DNA from: Macrostomum hystrix
Taxonomy: Eukaryota > Animalia > Platyhelminthes
Direction: 5' to 3'
Assembly (NCBI GenBank): GCA_950097015.1
Contig: CATNEN010000038.1
Coordinates: forward strand, 16,678,001 to 16,742,000
Length of the DNA: 64,000 nt
The notes beneath the pieces are model-generated. The model ran no database searches and was not told the DNA's origin. It saw only the letters and a list, made by a program, of their open reading frames with translations. Positions 39,713 through 51,969 of the stretch are shown here, one piece after another (the stretch's first letter is position 1; each line of letters opens with the position of its first letter). The translations under genes were made by a program, and so were the position numbers.

Positions 39713-39726
39713 TGGCGGGAATTTAA
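39713..39726. promoter_or_regulatory. E2F-like GGCGGGAA directly followed by TTTAAA (CHR-like), about 380 bp upstream of HSDL2
   Basis: Motif match only. Confidence 0.3.
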
Positions 39727-40106
39727 AATGAAAAAAGTCCTAATTTATTCACTGCCTCAATATGTACATTTGTTTTAATTTGTATTAACTTGAAATCCTG
39801 TCTATCTTTAGCCCCTAAACCATTGAAATCCTTTCAATGCCACATTATCCTTTAAGGACATTCTAAAGACTTCTGAAGAGTGCAAACTATTTGAGTGTAA
39901 AACAAATCTAAATATAGGAAAAAATTTCCATAATCATGTATAACTTTTGTCCAAAAAAGCTCCACTTACAAATCAATATATAGATAACTAAATTTCAAAA
40001 TGTTCTGTAATTGGTGATACTTATTCTATTTTTCCAAGTAAAATCTTACATTATTAATGTTTCGTAAATTGGCTGTTTAAGAGAAGTTATTTTGTCACCT
40101 GTCCAG

Positions 40107-42580
40107 GAAGCTGGCAGGGAAGACTCTCTTCATCACTGGCGCAAGTCGCGGCATTGGTCTGGCCATCGCTCTGCGCGCTGCTCGCGACGGTGCCAACATT
40201 GTCGTGGCCGCCAAGACCGCCGCCGCGCATCCCAAACTGCCCGGCACCATCTACACTGCGGCTGAAGAGATTGAGAAGGCTGGCGGCCGAGCGCTGCCTT
40301 GTGTTGTCGACATCAGGTGAGCACTCAAAGCACCTGCTGAATGTCTGGGACATGTTTCGACATGCCCTTTCATAGACATTTGCAAAACTGCTAGTGTCCT
40401 TCAAAGACATTTGCACGGCCACTTGTTTCCATCATAGACATTTGCACGGCCACTTGTTTCCACCATAGACATTTGCACGGCCACTTGTTTCCACCATAGA
40501 CATTTGCACGGCCACTTGTTTCCACCATAGACATTTGCACGGCCACTTGTTTCCACCATAGACATTTGCACGGCCACTTGTTTCCACTCTTGACAGTTCA
40601 CGGTCACTTTTTTCCACGATAAACATTCGCATGGCCACTAGCCCCTTGAAGGGACACTTGCATGGCCAACCCTTCCACCCGCAGAATGGAGGAGCAGGTG
40701 CAGAAGGCGGTGAATGATGCCGTCGCCCAATTCGGCGGCATTGATATCCTCATCAACAATGCCTCGGCCATCAATCTGGTTAACACCGAGACTCTAACTA
40801 TGAAGTCATTCGACCTGATGCACGGCATCAACTCTCGCGGCACATTCCTCTGCTCCAAGCTGTGCATTCCCCATCTGGCCAAGTCGGCCAATCCGCACAT
40901 TCTCAACATCAGCCCGCCACTTTCTATGCGGCAGCGCTGGTTCAAGGATCACGTTGGCTACACAATGGCCAAGTATGGCATGAGCATGTGCGTACTGGGC
41001 ATGGCACCTGAACTGGCTAAACACGGCATTGCTGTCAATGCTCTGTGGCCTAGAACAGCCATTCTGACTGCCGCAATGAAGATGCTGGCTGGAGGTGATG
41101 AGGTAATTAGATGACGAGGAATTTAGCGTTGCAATACAAGTGTAAGATATCGTCTATGTACGCTATGTACATTCTCACATGTGCATCGTGCAGCGTGCTG
41201 GGGCGCGTGTCGGAGCCACGCCAAACTTTTAAATATAAACCTGCAGTCAGCTTTGGCTGGCTCTCATTGGCTTCGTGCCCACCTAAACGCTAGTCTTACA
41301 TTGGTGGCAGCGGTGGGATCTTGCATTTTTTTTTAAACTTGGCTCGCCTGGAAAAAAATTCCCTAGAAATGTCCTATAATCCCGCATCGTCAGGTGGCAT
41401 CCCAGTGCCGCAAGCCGGAGATCATGGCGGACGCGGCTTACCTGATCCTATCTAAGGACTCGCGCACCTTCTCTGGTCAATTCTGCATCGACGACGACAT
41501 TTTGAAACGCGACGGCGGCCTAAATGACAAAGACCTGGACAGTTACAGCTGCGTGCCCGGCGCCCAACTGCTGCCGGACTTCTTCCTGGACGAGCCAGAC
41601 GATTTGAAGCGTAAGCGAACCTGTCTTCCGGCTGGGCGAACTTCTTAGCCTGTACGATTAAGAATCAACCTAGCCTTAATCCTCAGGACCAACTACTAGT
41701 CTATCCTTAATCGTTGGAAATTGAAATCTGCCTATCCTTAATCCTAAGAATTAAAAATCTGTCTACTGTTAATCCTAAGGATTAAGAATCTGCCTATCAT
41801 TAATCCTAAGGATTAAGAATCTGCCTATCATTAGTCCTAAGGATTAAGAATCTGCCTATCATTAATCCTAAGGATTAAGAATCTGCCTATCATTAATCCT
41901 AAGGATTAAGAATCTGCCTATCCTTAATCCTAAGGATTGGGAGACGGCTAATATATCTTAATCCTGAGGTTTAGAAATCTGCCTATCCCTAATCCTGAGG
42001 ATTAAAGAACAAGTCTATTAATCCGTAATATCTGAAGTGGATTAAGTCTAATGCTCTCTGGAATCCAAAAGATACAAGAGTTAAGTAAGCCGCAGGCACT
42101 TCTAAAGTGTTCCTCACCGCTATTCTTTTTTTAGCACCCAAGACAACGGCCACTGTGGAATCAGTTCGTCAAAGCATTGTCGGTGACAGTGAAAAGAAAA
42201 AGCAACAACAGCAACCGACCGCATCTGCCAGTGATGTCGAGGCCTCCCTGAAGCACTTGGCATCCGCCATTGACGCCGAAGCGGTGGGCCTAGTGAAGGG
42301 TCTGGTACAGCTGCAGCTCACTGATCTAAATCGCAGCTGGCTGCTCAACCTGAAATCCATGCCAGGAGGTCTGACGGAGATGCAGCCGGGGGCCGACTCG
42401 AAGCCGGACACCTGCATGACAATGAAATCGTCCGACCTGCAGCAGCTGGTGTCGGGTAAATTGTCGGCCACCGGGGCTTTCATGGCCGGCAAATTGCGCA
42501 TCACCGGCAATATGAGCGTGGCCATGAAACTCGAAAAGGTCTTTCGCAAGGCTGTGGCCGCATCGACTGCTAAGCTATGA
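40107..42580 (+). CDS. HSDL2: Hydroxysteroid dehydrogenase-like protein 2 (SDR + SCP2); exons 40107-40316, 40685-41102, 41394-41610, 42135-42580; start exon unresolved
   Basis: LAGKTLFITGASRGIG (TGxxxGxG), HPKLPGTIY, NNAS, YTMAK (YxxxK), LLPDFFLD, C-terminal SCP2 (AFMAGKLRITGN) and PTS1 -AKL. Splice phases consistent. AATAAA at 42649. Confidence 0.97.
40370..40590. repeat. 31-bp minisatellite in HSDL2 intron (CATAGACATTTGCACGGCCACTTGTTTCCAC)
   Basis: About 7 copies. Confidence 0.93.
41141..41319 (+). mobile_element. 160-bp LTR plus tRNA-Leu PBS inside an HSDL2 intron
   Basis: TGTAAGA...TCTTACA inverted termini (41141-41300), internal AAATATAAA, then TGGTGGCAGCGGTGGGAT, complementary to a tRNA-Leu 3' end. 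Confidence 0.8.
41725..42005. repeat. 31-bp minisatellite with palindromic core TTAATCCTAAGGATTAA in the last HSDL2 intron
   Basis: About 8 copies. Confidence 0.9.
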
Positions 42581-43011
42581 GAAACTATGCCTGCTATTTT
42601 AGTGGACTGAACCTGAAAACAATGTTCTGTAGTAGTTTTAACTCATTGAATAAACTTGAATCAACTATAATTGTCTGATTATTGAATCCTACTGGCTTGA
42701 ATGATTTCTATTCTAGAAAAAAATATGACAATTACGAGCGAATTTAGGGCCTTAAAAGCAAATTTTCCCCGTGAAGTTCAAAAATGATTGCCACTTTCTT
42801 AATCCATGCCAGTTTTTATTTTAAATCCACAATGTACTAAATATAGTTTCGTTAGTAGTATTCTTGGCTTTCTCGTTTGATTGAACTTTTGTGTCGATTT
42901 GAATAATTCTAACTCTAACGGTAAAATGCATGATTTTGTTTCCTTTCTACACAACCTGTCTGACAGTAATTCTTTATCAAAAGAAAGTAGTTTATCTAAC
43001 ATTATTAACAA

Positions 43012-43330
43012 TTTGTCTAACAGTTGGTGGATTATCTAACAGGTAAACAGTGTGTCTAACAGTTGGTCGATTATCTAACAGGTAAACAGTGTGTCTAACA
43101 GTTGGTGGATTATCTAACAGGTAAACAGTGTGTCTAACAGTTGGTGGATTATCTAACAGGTAAACAGTGTGTCTAATAGTTGGTGGATTATCTAACAGGT
43201 AAACAGTGTATCTAACAGTTGGTGGATTATCTAACAGGTAAACAGTGTATCTAACAGTTGGTCGATTATCTAACAGTTTAACAGTGTCTGTCTAACAGTT
43301 GGTAGACTGATAGGTAGATTGTCTAACAGT
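43012..43330. repeat. 39-bp minisatellite (CTAACAGTTGGTGGATTATCTAACAGGTAAACAGTGTGT)
   Basis: About 7 copies; resumes at 43644 after the SINE. Confidence 0.93.
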
Positions 43331-43642
43331 TAATAATAATAATAATAATTGATTACGCCTGCCCCAATTGGGTCAGATGTGCAGCCGACAGCACAGCCGC
43401 AGCTAATGCGCGGCGCATCTGAAGGCTGCGTACAGCTGTTCAGTCCATGGACTGGGGGGACGCCACACCCACCTTCAATTATCCCAGCTGACGCTGGTAC
43501 CCATTCAACAGCTGGGTGAGCTGAAGCAATACAGAGTAAAGTGTCTTGCTAAAGGACACAACTTGTTCCAGTGCAGTCGGGAATCGAGTCCCCAAACCTT
43601 TAAGTCGTGAGTCCGACGCCCTAACCACCAGGCTACAACCTC
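43331..43642 (-). mobile_element. Full-length SINE family A
   Basis: Highly similar to 27418-27720; (TTA)n tail. Confidence 0.92.
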
Positions 43643-43687
43643 TTACAGGTAAACAGTGTGTCTAACAGTTTCTGGATTATCTGTCAG

Positions 43688-46600
43688 TTAAAACTCTGGT
43701 TCGCCATCAGGTTCAAGACTGCATTCAACATCAAGTCCGGTTCTGGTCGCTGCCTCCACCGCCAGCTCTTCACCGCTCAGAGCCAGGTCAACTGTCACTA
43801 AAACTGACTTGGCCGATTTGAAATCATCGTCAGACTCTTCCATATCCAAGTCTGTCTGCATTGGCATTCGTCTGCTGCTGCTGTTGCTGCTGTTGCTGCT
43901 TTGGCGCATGGATTGCGAGCTGCGGCTCAGCTCACGAACTGTTGAAATCAAGATGAGAGTGCGAAAGATAAATAAATTGTTAGTGCTTGAGTCCATGGAC
44001 TATAGGTGGGGGGCATCACACCCACCTCCCACCAACTCATACAAAGATTCAAGGGTTGGTGACGGGGACATACCAAGGACCACTAGAAGAAGAAGGATGG
44101 GACGTTTCGTTTCTAGGAAAACTTATTAAAGGCCGATTTTCATAGAAAAGTGTACTAGCGAGATTGAAACTTTTGACTTTTTTTCGCATAAAAATGTTGA
44201 TAACTTTTTTATCGAAAATCAGCCATTAGTAAATTTTCAAACAAACGAAGTGTCCCTTCCTCTCCACTGCCTTGTCCCCTGTCAAATCTTCCCCTTTCTC
44301 TCCTCCCCTCTGTCTCCTGTCCGATCTCTCCCCTGTTTTCTCTCTTCTGTCTAATCTCTCCTAAGTCTCGTTTATCCCCTGCATACCAGCCGTGAATTCT
44401 TCGGAAGCGTCAAAAGCCTCATTGGCTCTCCCCATTGGCCTTAGCAGATCGGCATGCAGCTGCGCTGTTGTTAACGTTGTGGCAGTCGCCATATCGTCAG
44501 CCATCTTCTTCAACTCGATAAGAAGCAAGGTGTTGGCCCGCGGCGGTCGCAGCTGCTGCAGTTGCGGATGGCTTTCATCTGGCGCGTCTGCTGCTGCTGC
44601 TTGGAATCTTCTAGACACAACGCTGCCTCTTCGCGACCTGACGCTCTGCCTTTGGCCATTCTCTATCTCCGTCACATCCTCTTCATCCTGCCACAGATTG
44701 CGCAGGCCTCGAATAATGTCAGCGTATAGGCGTCTCCGAACTGCCGTCCGGGCGTCCTCGCTCGGTTGACGCTGCCGCAGTAGGTGCTGCCGATAGTCGC
44801 TGCCCAGCACGCCCAGGATGATCAACAGAAACAGCCCGACGCCTAACAATAGGCCGCCTAGACGGCCGTACAGCATCAGGCTCACCTAAATAAAAGGTGC
44901 ATCATTTTAGCACACACGCGCGGATGGGACTCAGGGACTTTGACGCGAGACTCTACTGTGCTAGCGCTCCACGATTCTGTAGTGCCTGTGTTCCTGAGGC
45001 GGCTAGGCATTGTCGGCTGCCCGCCAAGGCCGTTGTTTCAGTCCGGTTTGGCTAGCATGGCTTTGGACTCGCCCTCTCTCACCCGTCCCTGTTCTGTGTG
45101 CCCTGTGTGCCATCTGATTGGCTGGGAGCGGGAATTGTCTGCCAACTCTTACCCGAGTCCTGCGTGGCCTTGCCCCTCCCGCTAATCAGCTCTGCGTAGC
45201 TTTGCCCCTCCCGCCAATCAGCTCTGCGTAGCTTTGCCCCTCCCGCCAATCAGCTCTGCCTAGCTTTGCCCCTCCCGCCAATCAGCTCTGCGCAGCTTTG
45301 CCCCTCCCGCCAATCAGCTCTGCCTAGCTTTGCCCCTCCCGCCAATCAGCTCTGCTCAGCTTTGCCCTCCCGCTAATCAGCTCTGCCTAGCTTTGCCCCT
45401 CCCGCTAATCAGCTCTGCGTAGCTTTGCCCTCCCGCTAATCAGCTCTGCCTAGCTTTGCCCCTCCCGCCAATCAGCTCTGCCTAGCTTTGCCCCTCCCGC
45501 TAATCAGCTCTGCGCAGCTTTGCCCTCCCGCTAATCAGCTCTGCCTAGCTTTGCCCCTCCCGCCAATCAGCTCTGCCTAGCTTTGCCCCTCCCGCTAATC
45601 AGCTCTGCGCAGCTTTGCCCTCCCGCTAATCAGCTCTGCCTAGCTTTGCCCCTCCCGCCAATCAGCTCTGCCTAGCTTTGCCCCTCCCGCCAATCAGCTC
45701 TGCGCAGCTTTGCCCCTCCCGCCAATCAGCTCTGCCTAGCTTTGCCCCTCCCGCCAATCAGCTCTGCGCAGCTTTGCCCTCCCGCTAATCAGCTCTGCCT
45801 AGCTTTGCCCCTCCCGCTAATCAGCTCTGCGTAGCTTTGCCCTCCCGCCAATCAGCTCTGCGTAGCTTTGCCCCTCCCGCTAATCAGCTCTGCCTAGCTT
45901 TGCCCCTCCCGCTAATCAGCTCTGCGTAGCTTTGCCCTCCCGCCAATCAGCTCTGCGTAGCTTTGCCCTCCCGCCAATCAGCTCTGCGTAGCTTTGCCCC
46001 TCCCGCCAATCAGCTCTGCGCAGCTTTGCCCTCCCGCTAATCAGCTCTGCCTAGCTTTGCCCCTCCCGCCAATCAGCTCTGCCTAGCTTTGCCCCTCCCG
46101 CCAATCAGCTCTGCCTAGCTTTGCCCCTCCCGCTAATCAGCTCTGCCTAGCTTTGCCCCTCCCGCCAATCAGCTCTGCGTAGCTTTGCCCCTCCCGCCAA
46201 TCAGCTCTGGTGTACTACGTTAGTGTCCTAACAACACCAGTGCCAGGCTGAAGCATTGCGTCCTGACGCCTGTTTCACTGATTATTCGTAGTTTACTTAA
46301 TGGTACAGTAGGCCGGGTATCCCGAATTGACCACAGTCACTACAATTCACTCTAGTGACCTGATGGTTTATTAAAATAAAGCTTTGAGATGCTCACACAC
46401 GTTACTGACCTGCACAGCGATGGCTTCCTCTTTAGTCAGGCTGACGGTCTCCCTCTGTAGCCTGTCTGCAGTTGGCAAACCATAGACAATTAGGCCGGCT
46501 CCAGCGCAGGTGATCGCGGCTCCAAGGGCGCCCAGAAAAACGGAGGCCAGAAATTGACAGCGAAAGTCACGATCCCACTCGCGAAGCAGCTGTCGTTTCT

Positions 46601-49000
46601 GACGTTTTTCACGCTTAAGCTGTTAAAAAATGTGTGACTTAGCTTGGTTCCATTGGAATTTCTGAGTGATCAAAAATTACAACCCAAATCAACCAGTCCT
46701 ACGGTACATCTACCATCGTTACATCCAGTCCTTCAGTACATCTACCATCGTTACATCCAGTCCTTCAGTACATCAACCACCGTTACATCCAGTCCTTCAG
46801 TACATCTACCATCGTTGCATCCAGTCCTTCAGTACATCAACCACCGTTACATCCAGTCCTTCAGTACATCAACCATCGTTACATCCAGTCCTTCAGTACA
46901 TCTACCATCGTTACATCCAGTCCTTCAGTACATCTACCATCGTTACATCCAGTCCTTCAGTACATCAACCATCGTTACATCCAGTCCTTCAGTACATCAA
47001 CCATCGTTACATCCAGTCCTTCAGTACATCTACCATCGTTACATCCAGTCCTTCAGTACATCAACCATCGTTACATCCAGTCCTTCAGTACATCAACCAT
47101 CGTTACATCCAGTCCTTCAGTACATCTACCATCGTTACATCCAGTCCTTCAGTACATCAACCATCGTTACATCCAGTCCTTCAGTACATCTACCATCGTT
47201 ACATCCAGTCCTTCAGTACATCAACCATCGTTACATCCAGTCCTTCAGTACATCTACCATCGTTACATCCAGTCCTTCAGTACATCTACCATCGTTACAT
47301 CCAGTCCTTCAGTACATCTACCATCGTTACATCCAGTCCTTCAGTACATCTACCATCGTTACATCCAGTCCTTCAGTACATCAACCATCGTTACATCCAG
47401 TCCTTCAGTACATCAACCATCGTTACATCCAGTCCTTCAGTACATCAACCATCGTTACATCCAGTCCTTCAGTACATCTACCATCGTTACATCCAGTCCT
47501 TCAGTACATCTACCATCGTTACATCCAGTCCTTCAGTACATCAACCATCGTTACATCCAGTCCTTCAGTACATCCACCATCGTTACATCCAGTCCTTCCG
47601 TACATCTTCCATCGTTACATCCAGTCCTTCAGTACATCAACCATCGTTACATCCAGTCCTTCAGTACATCAACCATCGTTACATCCAGTCCTTCAGTACA
47701 TCTACCATCGTTACATCCAGTCCATCAGTACATCTACCATCGTTACATCCAGTCCTTCAGTACATCTACCATCGTTACATCCAGTCCTTCAGTACATCAA
47801 CCATCGTTTCATCCAGTCCTTCAGTACATCAACCATCGTTACATCCAGTCCTTCAGTACATCAACCATCGTTACATCCAGTCCTTCAGTACATCTACCAT
47901 CGTTACATCCAGTCCTTCAGTACATCTACCATCGTTACATCCAGTCCTTCAGTACATCTACCATCGTTACATCCAGTCCTTCAGTACATCAACCATCGTT
48001 ACATCCAGTCCTTCAGTACATCAACCATCGTTACATCCAGTCCTTCAGTACATCAACCATCGTTACATCCAGTCCTTCAGTACATCAACCATCGTTACAT
48101 CCAGTCCTTCAGTACATCAACCACCGTTACATCCAGTCCTTCAGTACATCTACCATCGTTACATCTAGTCCTTCAGTACATCTACCATCGTTACATCTAG
48201 TCCTTCAGTACATCAACCATCGTTGCATCCAGTCCTTCAGTACATCTACCATCGTTGCATCCAGTCCTTCAGTACAACAACCATCGTTACATCCAGTCCT
48301 TCAGTACATCAACCACCGTTACATCCAGTCCTTCAGTACATCTACCATCGTTACATCCAGTCCTTCAGTACATCAACCATCGTTACATCCAGTCCTTCAG
48401 TACATCAACCATCGTTACATCCAGTCCTTCAGTACATCTACCATCGTTGCATCCAGTCCTTCAGTACATCTACCATCGTTACATCCAGTCCTTCAGTACA
48501 TCTACCATCGTTGCATCCAGTCCTTCAGTACAACAACCATCGTTACATCCAGTCCTTCAGTACATCTACCATCGTTGCATCCAGTCCTTCAGTACATCAA
48601 TCATCGTTGCATCCAGTCCTTCAGTACATCAACCATCGTTACATCCAGTCCTTCAGTACATCAACCATCGTTACATCCAGTCCTTCAGTACATCAACCAT
48701 CGTTACATCCAGTCCTTCAGTACATCTACCATCGTTACATCCAGTCCTTCAGTACATCTACCATCGTTGCATCCAGTCCTTCAGTACAACAACCATCGTT
48801 ACATCCAGTCCTTCAGTACATCTACCATCGTTGCATCCAGTCCTTCAGTACATCAATCATCGTTGCATCCAGTCCTTCAGTACATCAAACATCGTTACAT
48901 CCAGTCCTTAGTGCATCAACCATTTCATACAGAAACCATTTTTTTACTTTTATTACGAGCTATAAATGGGAAAGCTTTGACGTTTTACCTTTTCATTTGA

Positions 49001-49048
<48 letters not shown>

Positions 49049-49135
49049 ACGCTGCCGGTTTTGTCCTTGCTTTAGCGACGAATATCCATACTGCGAACAC
49101 GTTTCTAACGCAACCTCGGTCCTTGTCCCAGCCAT
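43688..49135 (-). CDS. Uncharacterised two-TM membrane protein, 368 aa; exons 49135-48989, 46619-46410, 44885-44387, 43938-43688
   Basis: All four exons join in frame through GT-AG introns (phases 0, 0, 1). PolyQ N-terminus, TM1 FLASVFLGALGAAITCAGAGLIVYG, short loop, TM2 LGGLLLGVGLFLLIILGVLG, long acidic tail. Confidence 0.8.
45170..46208. repeat. 31/32-bp minisatellite (CCCGCCAATCAGCTCTGCCTAGCTTTGCCCCT) in intron 2 of the 2-TM gene
   Basis: About 32 copies. Confidence 0.97.
46693..48920. repeat. 32-bp satellite (CCAGTCCTTCAGTACATCTACCATCGTTACAT) in intron 1 of the 2-TM gene
   Basis: About 69 copies; source of the SLHPVLQY pseudo-ORFs. Confidence 0.98.
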
Positions 49136-49612
49136 TCCTGTTGCTATGGACTCAGCCTATGCCTCAGCGAAGATTTGCATTTTATAATTAAGTTCCTTTA
49201 AAATTCCGGCACTGTTTGTTCACGTAAAATTAACTCACCACCTTCAACTGGGAGCCTCACTTCACTTTGCACGGCTGTGAGAAAGCTAAATTCATATGCG
49301 TACTATATACTGCTAGGCGTCTAACAATGCCCGACCAATAGCAGTGAAGGAGAACAGTAACGCTTCTTAAAGTCGCATAGCTATCTACCTACTCCTGAAT
49401 TATTATCGAATGATGGATCCGCAAAGATTTTATGTCCAATGCAGCAGTTTGCGTGATGCGGAAACCCCTTAATTGGTTTTGGCGGTTGCTTTTTCTAGGC
49501 TAGCATGTGTCTCGCCTTACAAGAGCTTGCTCAAATCGACCTGGGAGTTGAGCCAGTTCACTTCAACAAGTATTCGAGTTGCTACTTTTATCCTACACAG
49601 GATGTATTACTT

Positions 49613-49838
49613 GGGATAATTCCACTGACTCACTGATGTACTAGATGGGATAATTCCACTGACTCACTGATGTACTAGATGGGATAATTCCACTGACTCA
49701 CTGATGTACTAGATGGGATAATTCCACTGACTCACTGATGTACTAGATGGGAATTCCACTGACTCACTGATGTACTAGATGGGAATTCCACTGACTCACT
49801 GATGTACTAGATGGGATAATTCCACTGACTCACTGATG
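49613..49838. repeat. 34-bp minisatellite (GGGATAATTCCACTGACTCACTGATGTACTAGAT)
   Basis: About 7 copies. Confidence 0.93.
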
Positions 49839-50969
49839 CATTGATGTGTTCCACTGGAATTGATGTACTTGGTGAGGATAAATTGCAACTTATTTTCCTA
49901 GAAACGTGTCTAGTACGCACAATAGTACAATTTGTGCAAATGCAGAGTAGGACATTGGGCGGAGCCGAGAACGGGGCGGTTTGTTGCTCTGTCGACTGTT
50001 CCCGATATAAAATAATGGCCTACTAGCGGACATGAAAGCGAGGGCACATTTTATTTGCCTTTGCATGCGGTTCACTTGGCTTCTCTCTTCCCTGGCGTTG
50101 CTAAAGCTTACAAAAGAAAGCCAATATTAAGTGGCTTCTGACACACCTGTCTCTTAACAGTAGAATTACTATGAAAGCGATTTCGACAGTTTCGACCCTA
50201 TAATTAACTAACAAGATGACATGCAGGATGTTTTGGAGTCTAAAAAGCTGACATATTGACATCATACATCCCGCTATTGTTATAGATTGACAAGCTTCTG
50301 CTTTTGTTGGACTCAAAATCCTTAGTTCCCTACTTAATAATATTAGTCGCAAAGGGCTGTCACTGAATTTCAAGACATGCCCCTTTAAAATCCTGTTGCT
50401 AGAGTTGTTCGCATTTTAAAACCTCAGCATCCTACTTATAAGTAGGCTAGCTTGAGTGCGAGAAAAACAGTTATTTTAACTTGAAAATTTTTCAATAGCT
50501 TTTTGTAAACAGTGGAAGCAAGCAATAAAGTTTGTATCATCATTCAATTCGCCCAGCCTATTGTCAACATAGTCTATTGGCTCGCGTTGCCATGCCCCGC
50601 TCGGCCTAAAATTGGGATGTCAAAGGCTCAGTGGGCAAACACAGCTTGTGACAGGCCCAGTGGGGGTAAGGGGGCTATTACAGATACTAAACAACCTCTT
50701 AGTCATGATGCCAGGTCCCATTTCAATGCTGTTAGTATTCACAATCGCTATTTGGGATACTTACCCTACACCTAAATCCTCATTTTCTTGAAATCCCCCC
50801 TCCTTCACTATAGATCCCAACCTACCTCCATTTTGAGTCGCTGATCATACAAGAGTTATGATGCCTTATCTAAGCTTTTTAATGTGAATTATTTAACGGA
50901 TAATGCCTGGATGTGGAGATGCATTAAAGACTTGCGAGTGGAAGGGACGGAGTGGGAATAGTGTGCTCA

Positions 50970-51110
50970 GCCAGCCCACTTCGGGCGCCAGTGCGATAGA
51001 GTGAGGCCACCGAGACATCCCCTGGGAAAGAACCAAGGCATTGTGGACTTGGTGATGCTTGGGCAATGCCAGGGTTTATGGAGGCTGGTCATTGAATGCC
51101 TATGCATTAA
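50970..51110 (+). mobile_element. Possible degenerate 3' end of an RTE-like LINE
   Basis: Translation ...DRVRPPRH...LGQCQGLWRLVIECLC loosely resembles the RTE ORF2 C-terminal RGRP...AQDRxxWRxxVxxLC pattern. Confidence 0.25.
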
Positions 51111-51339
51111 ATATGGACCAAGCGTATTTGGACTTATTGGCTCTCACTCAACATCACTATCACTTTCTCCTCTTATGCTCTCATTCACCGATTACCAGCT
51201 TTGATGGGCCCCTCACGGAAGTACCAACTAGCACTACAATTTCTTTTCTTTGGGGGCGTGAAACAGGCACAACTAATTATCACTTTATTTCTCTACTCTC
51301 TGATAGCTTGTTTCTAAAGAATCATGAAGAAAATAAAAA

Positions 51340-51605
51340 AGATGTGGCACAGTCGAATCTATTTGGTGCATTCAAAGGCTGTGTGTACTGCTGTTCAGTC
51401 CATGGACAATGGGGTCGCCCGGAGGGATGAGTGGCTGAGTGGTCTAACGCGTTTGACTCTCGCACCAATGTCCCCTGAGCTAAATTCCGCGGCGAGGCCA
51501 CATTGAACTGGGGCGCAGAAACGGAGACGAGGCTTGGAGGCTTGTCGTGCAATGACGATGAGAAAGTCGGGGCAAATTTAGACACCTGTGTAATTGTGTG
51601 CGTGA
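51340..51605. mobile_element. SINE fragments: family A tail (-, 51340-51410) and family B head (+, 51420-51605)
   Basis: CTGTTCAGTCCATGGAC; GTGGCTGAGTGG...CTCTCGCACC...GCGAGGCCACAT. Confidence 0.7.
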
Positions 51606-51969
51606 ATTAATTTATCAATCGTAAGTGTATTGCTCAAGGATAAAAATTATTTCTCTCGATCTGAGCTTCGATCTCACGACCTCTTACACTTGAGTTGAAC
51701 TACTCACGAGTTTCTGAGGAAGCATTCGTCATTCCTTATTTGACAGGAATCGAAAGTAGTTATCTTTTTTTTCAACTGAATTCCAGCCCTTCAACTCTAA
51801 AGCTCAAGGATTAACTAGTCTTGTCTCACATGTTTAGAGAACGGATTTGTAAGTCGCAGACACCGCATCCGACAACTGTCACTTCCTCAGCACATCCGCA
51901 ATATCCTCATTCCCTGGCCTCTTCAAGTAGCACGCTAGGAGAGAATTTTTACAGGTTTCAAAATAGGGA

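Noticed and set aside
40087-41024. Antisense ORFs over HSDL2, and similar ones over RGP1, the DLGAP5-like gene and gag
   Set aside because: Shadow ORFs of GC-rich coding exons.
46644-49191. SLHPVLQY repeat ORFs
   Set aside because: 32-bp satellite inside an intron of the minus-strand gene.
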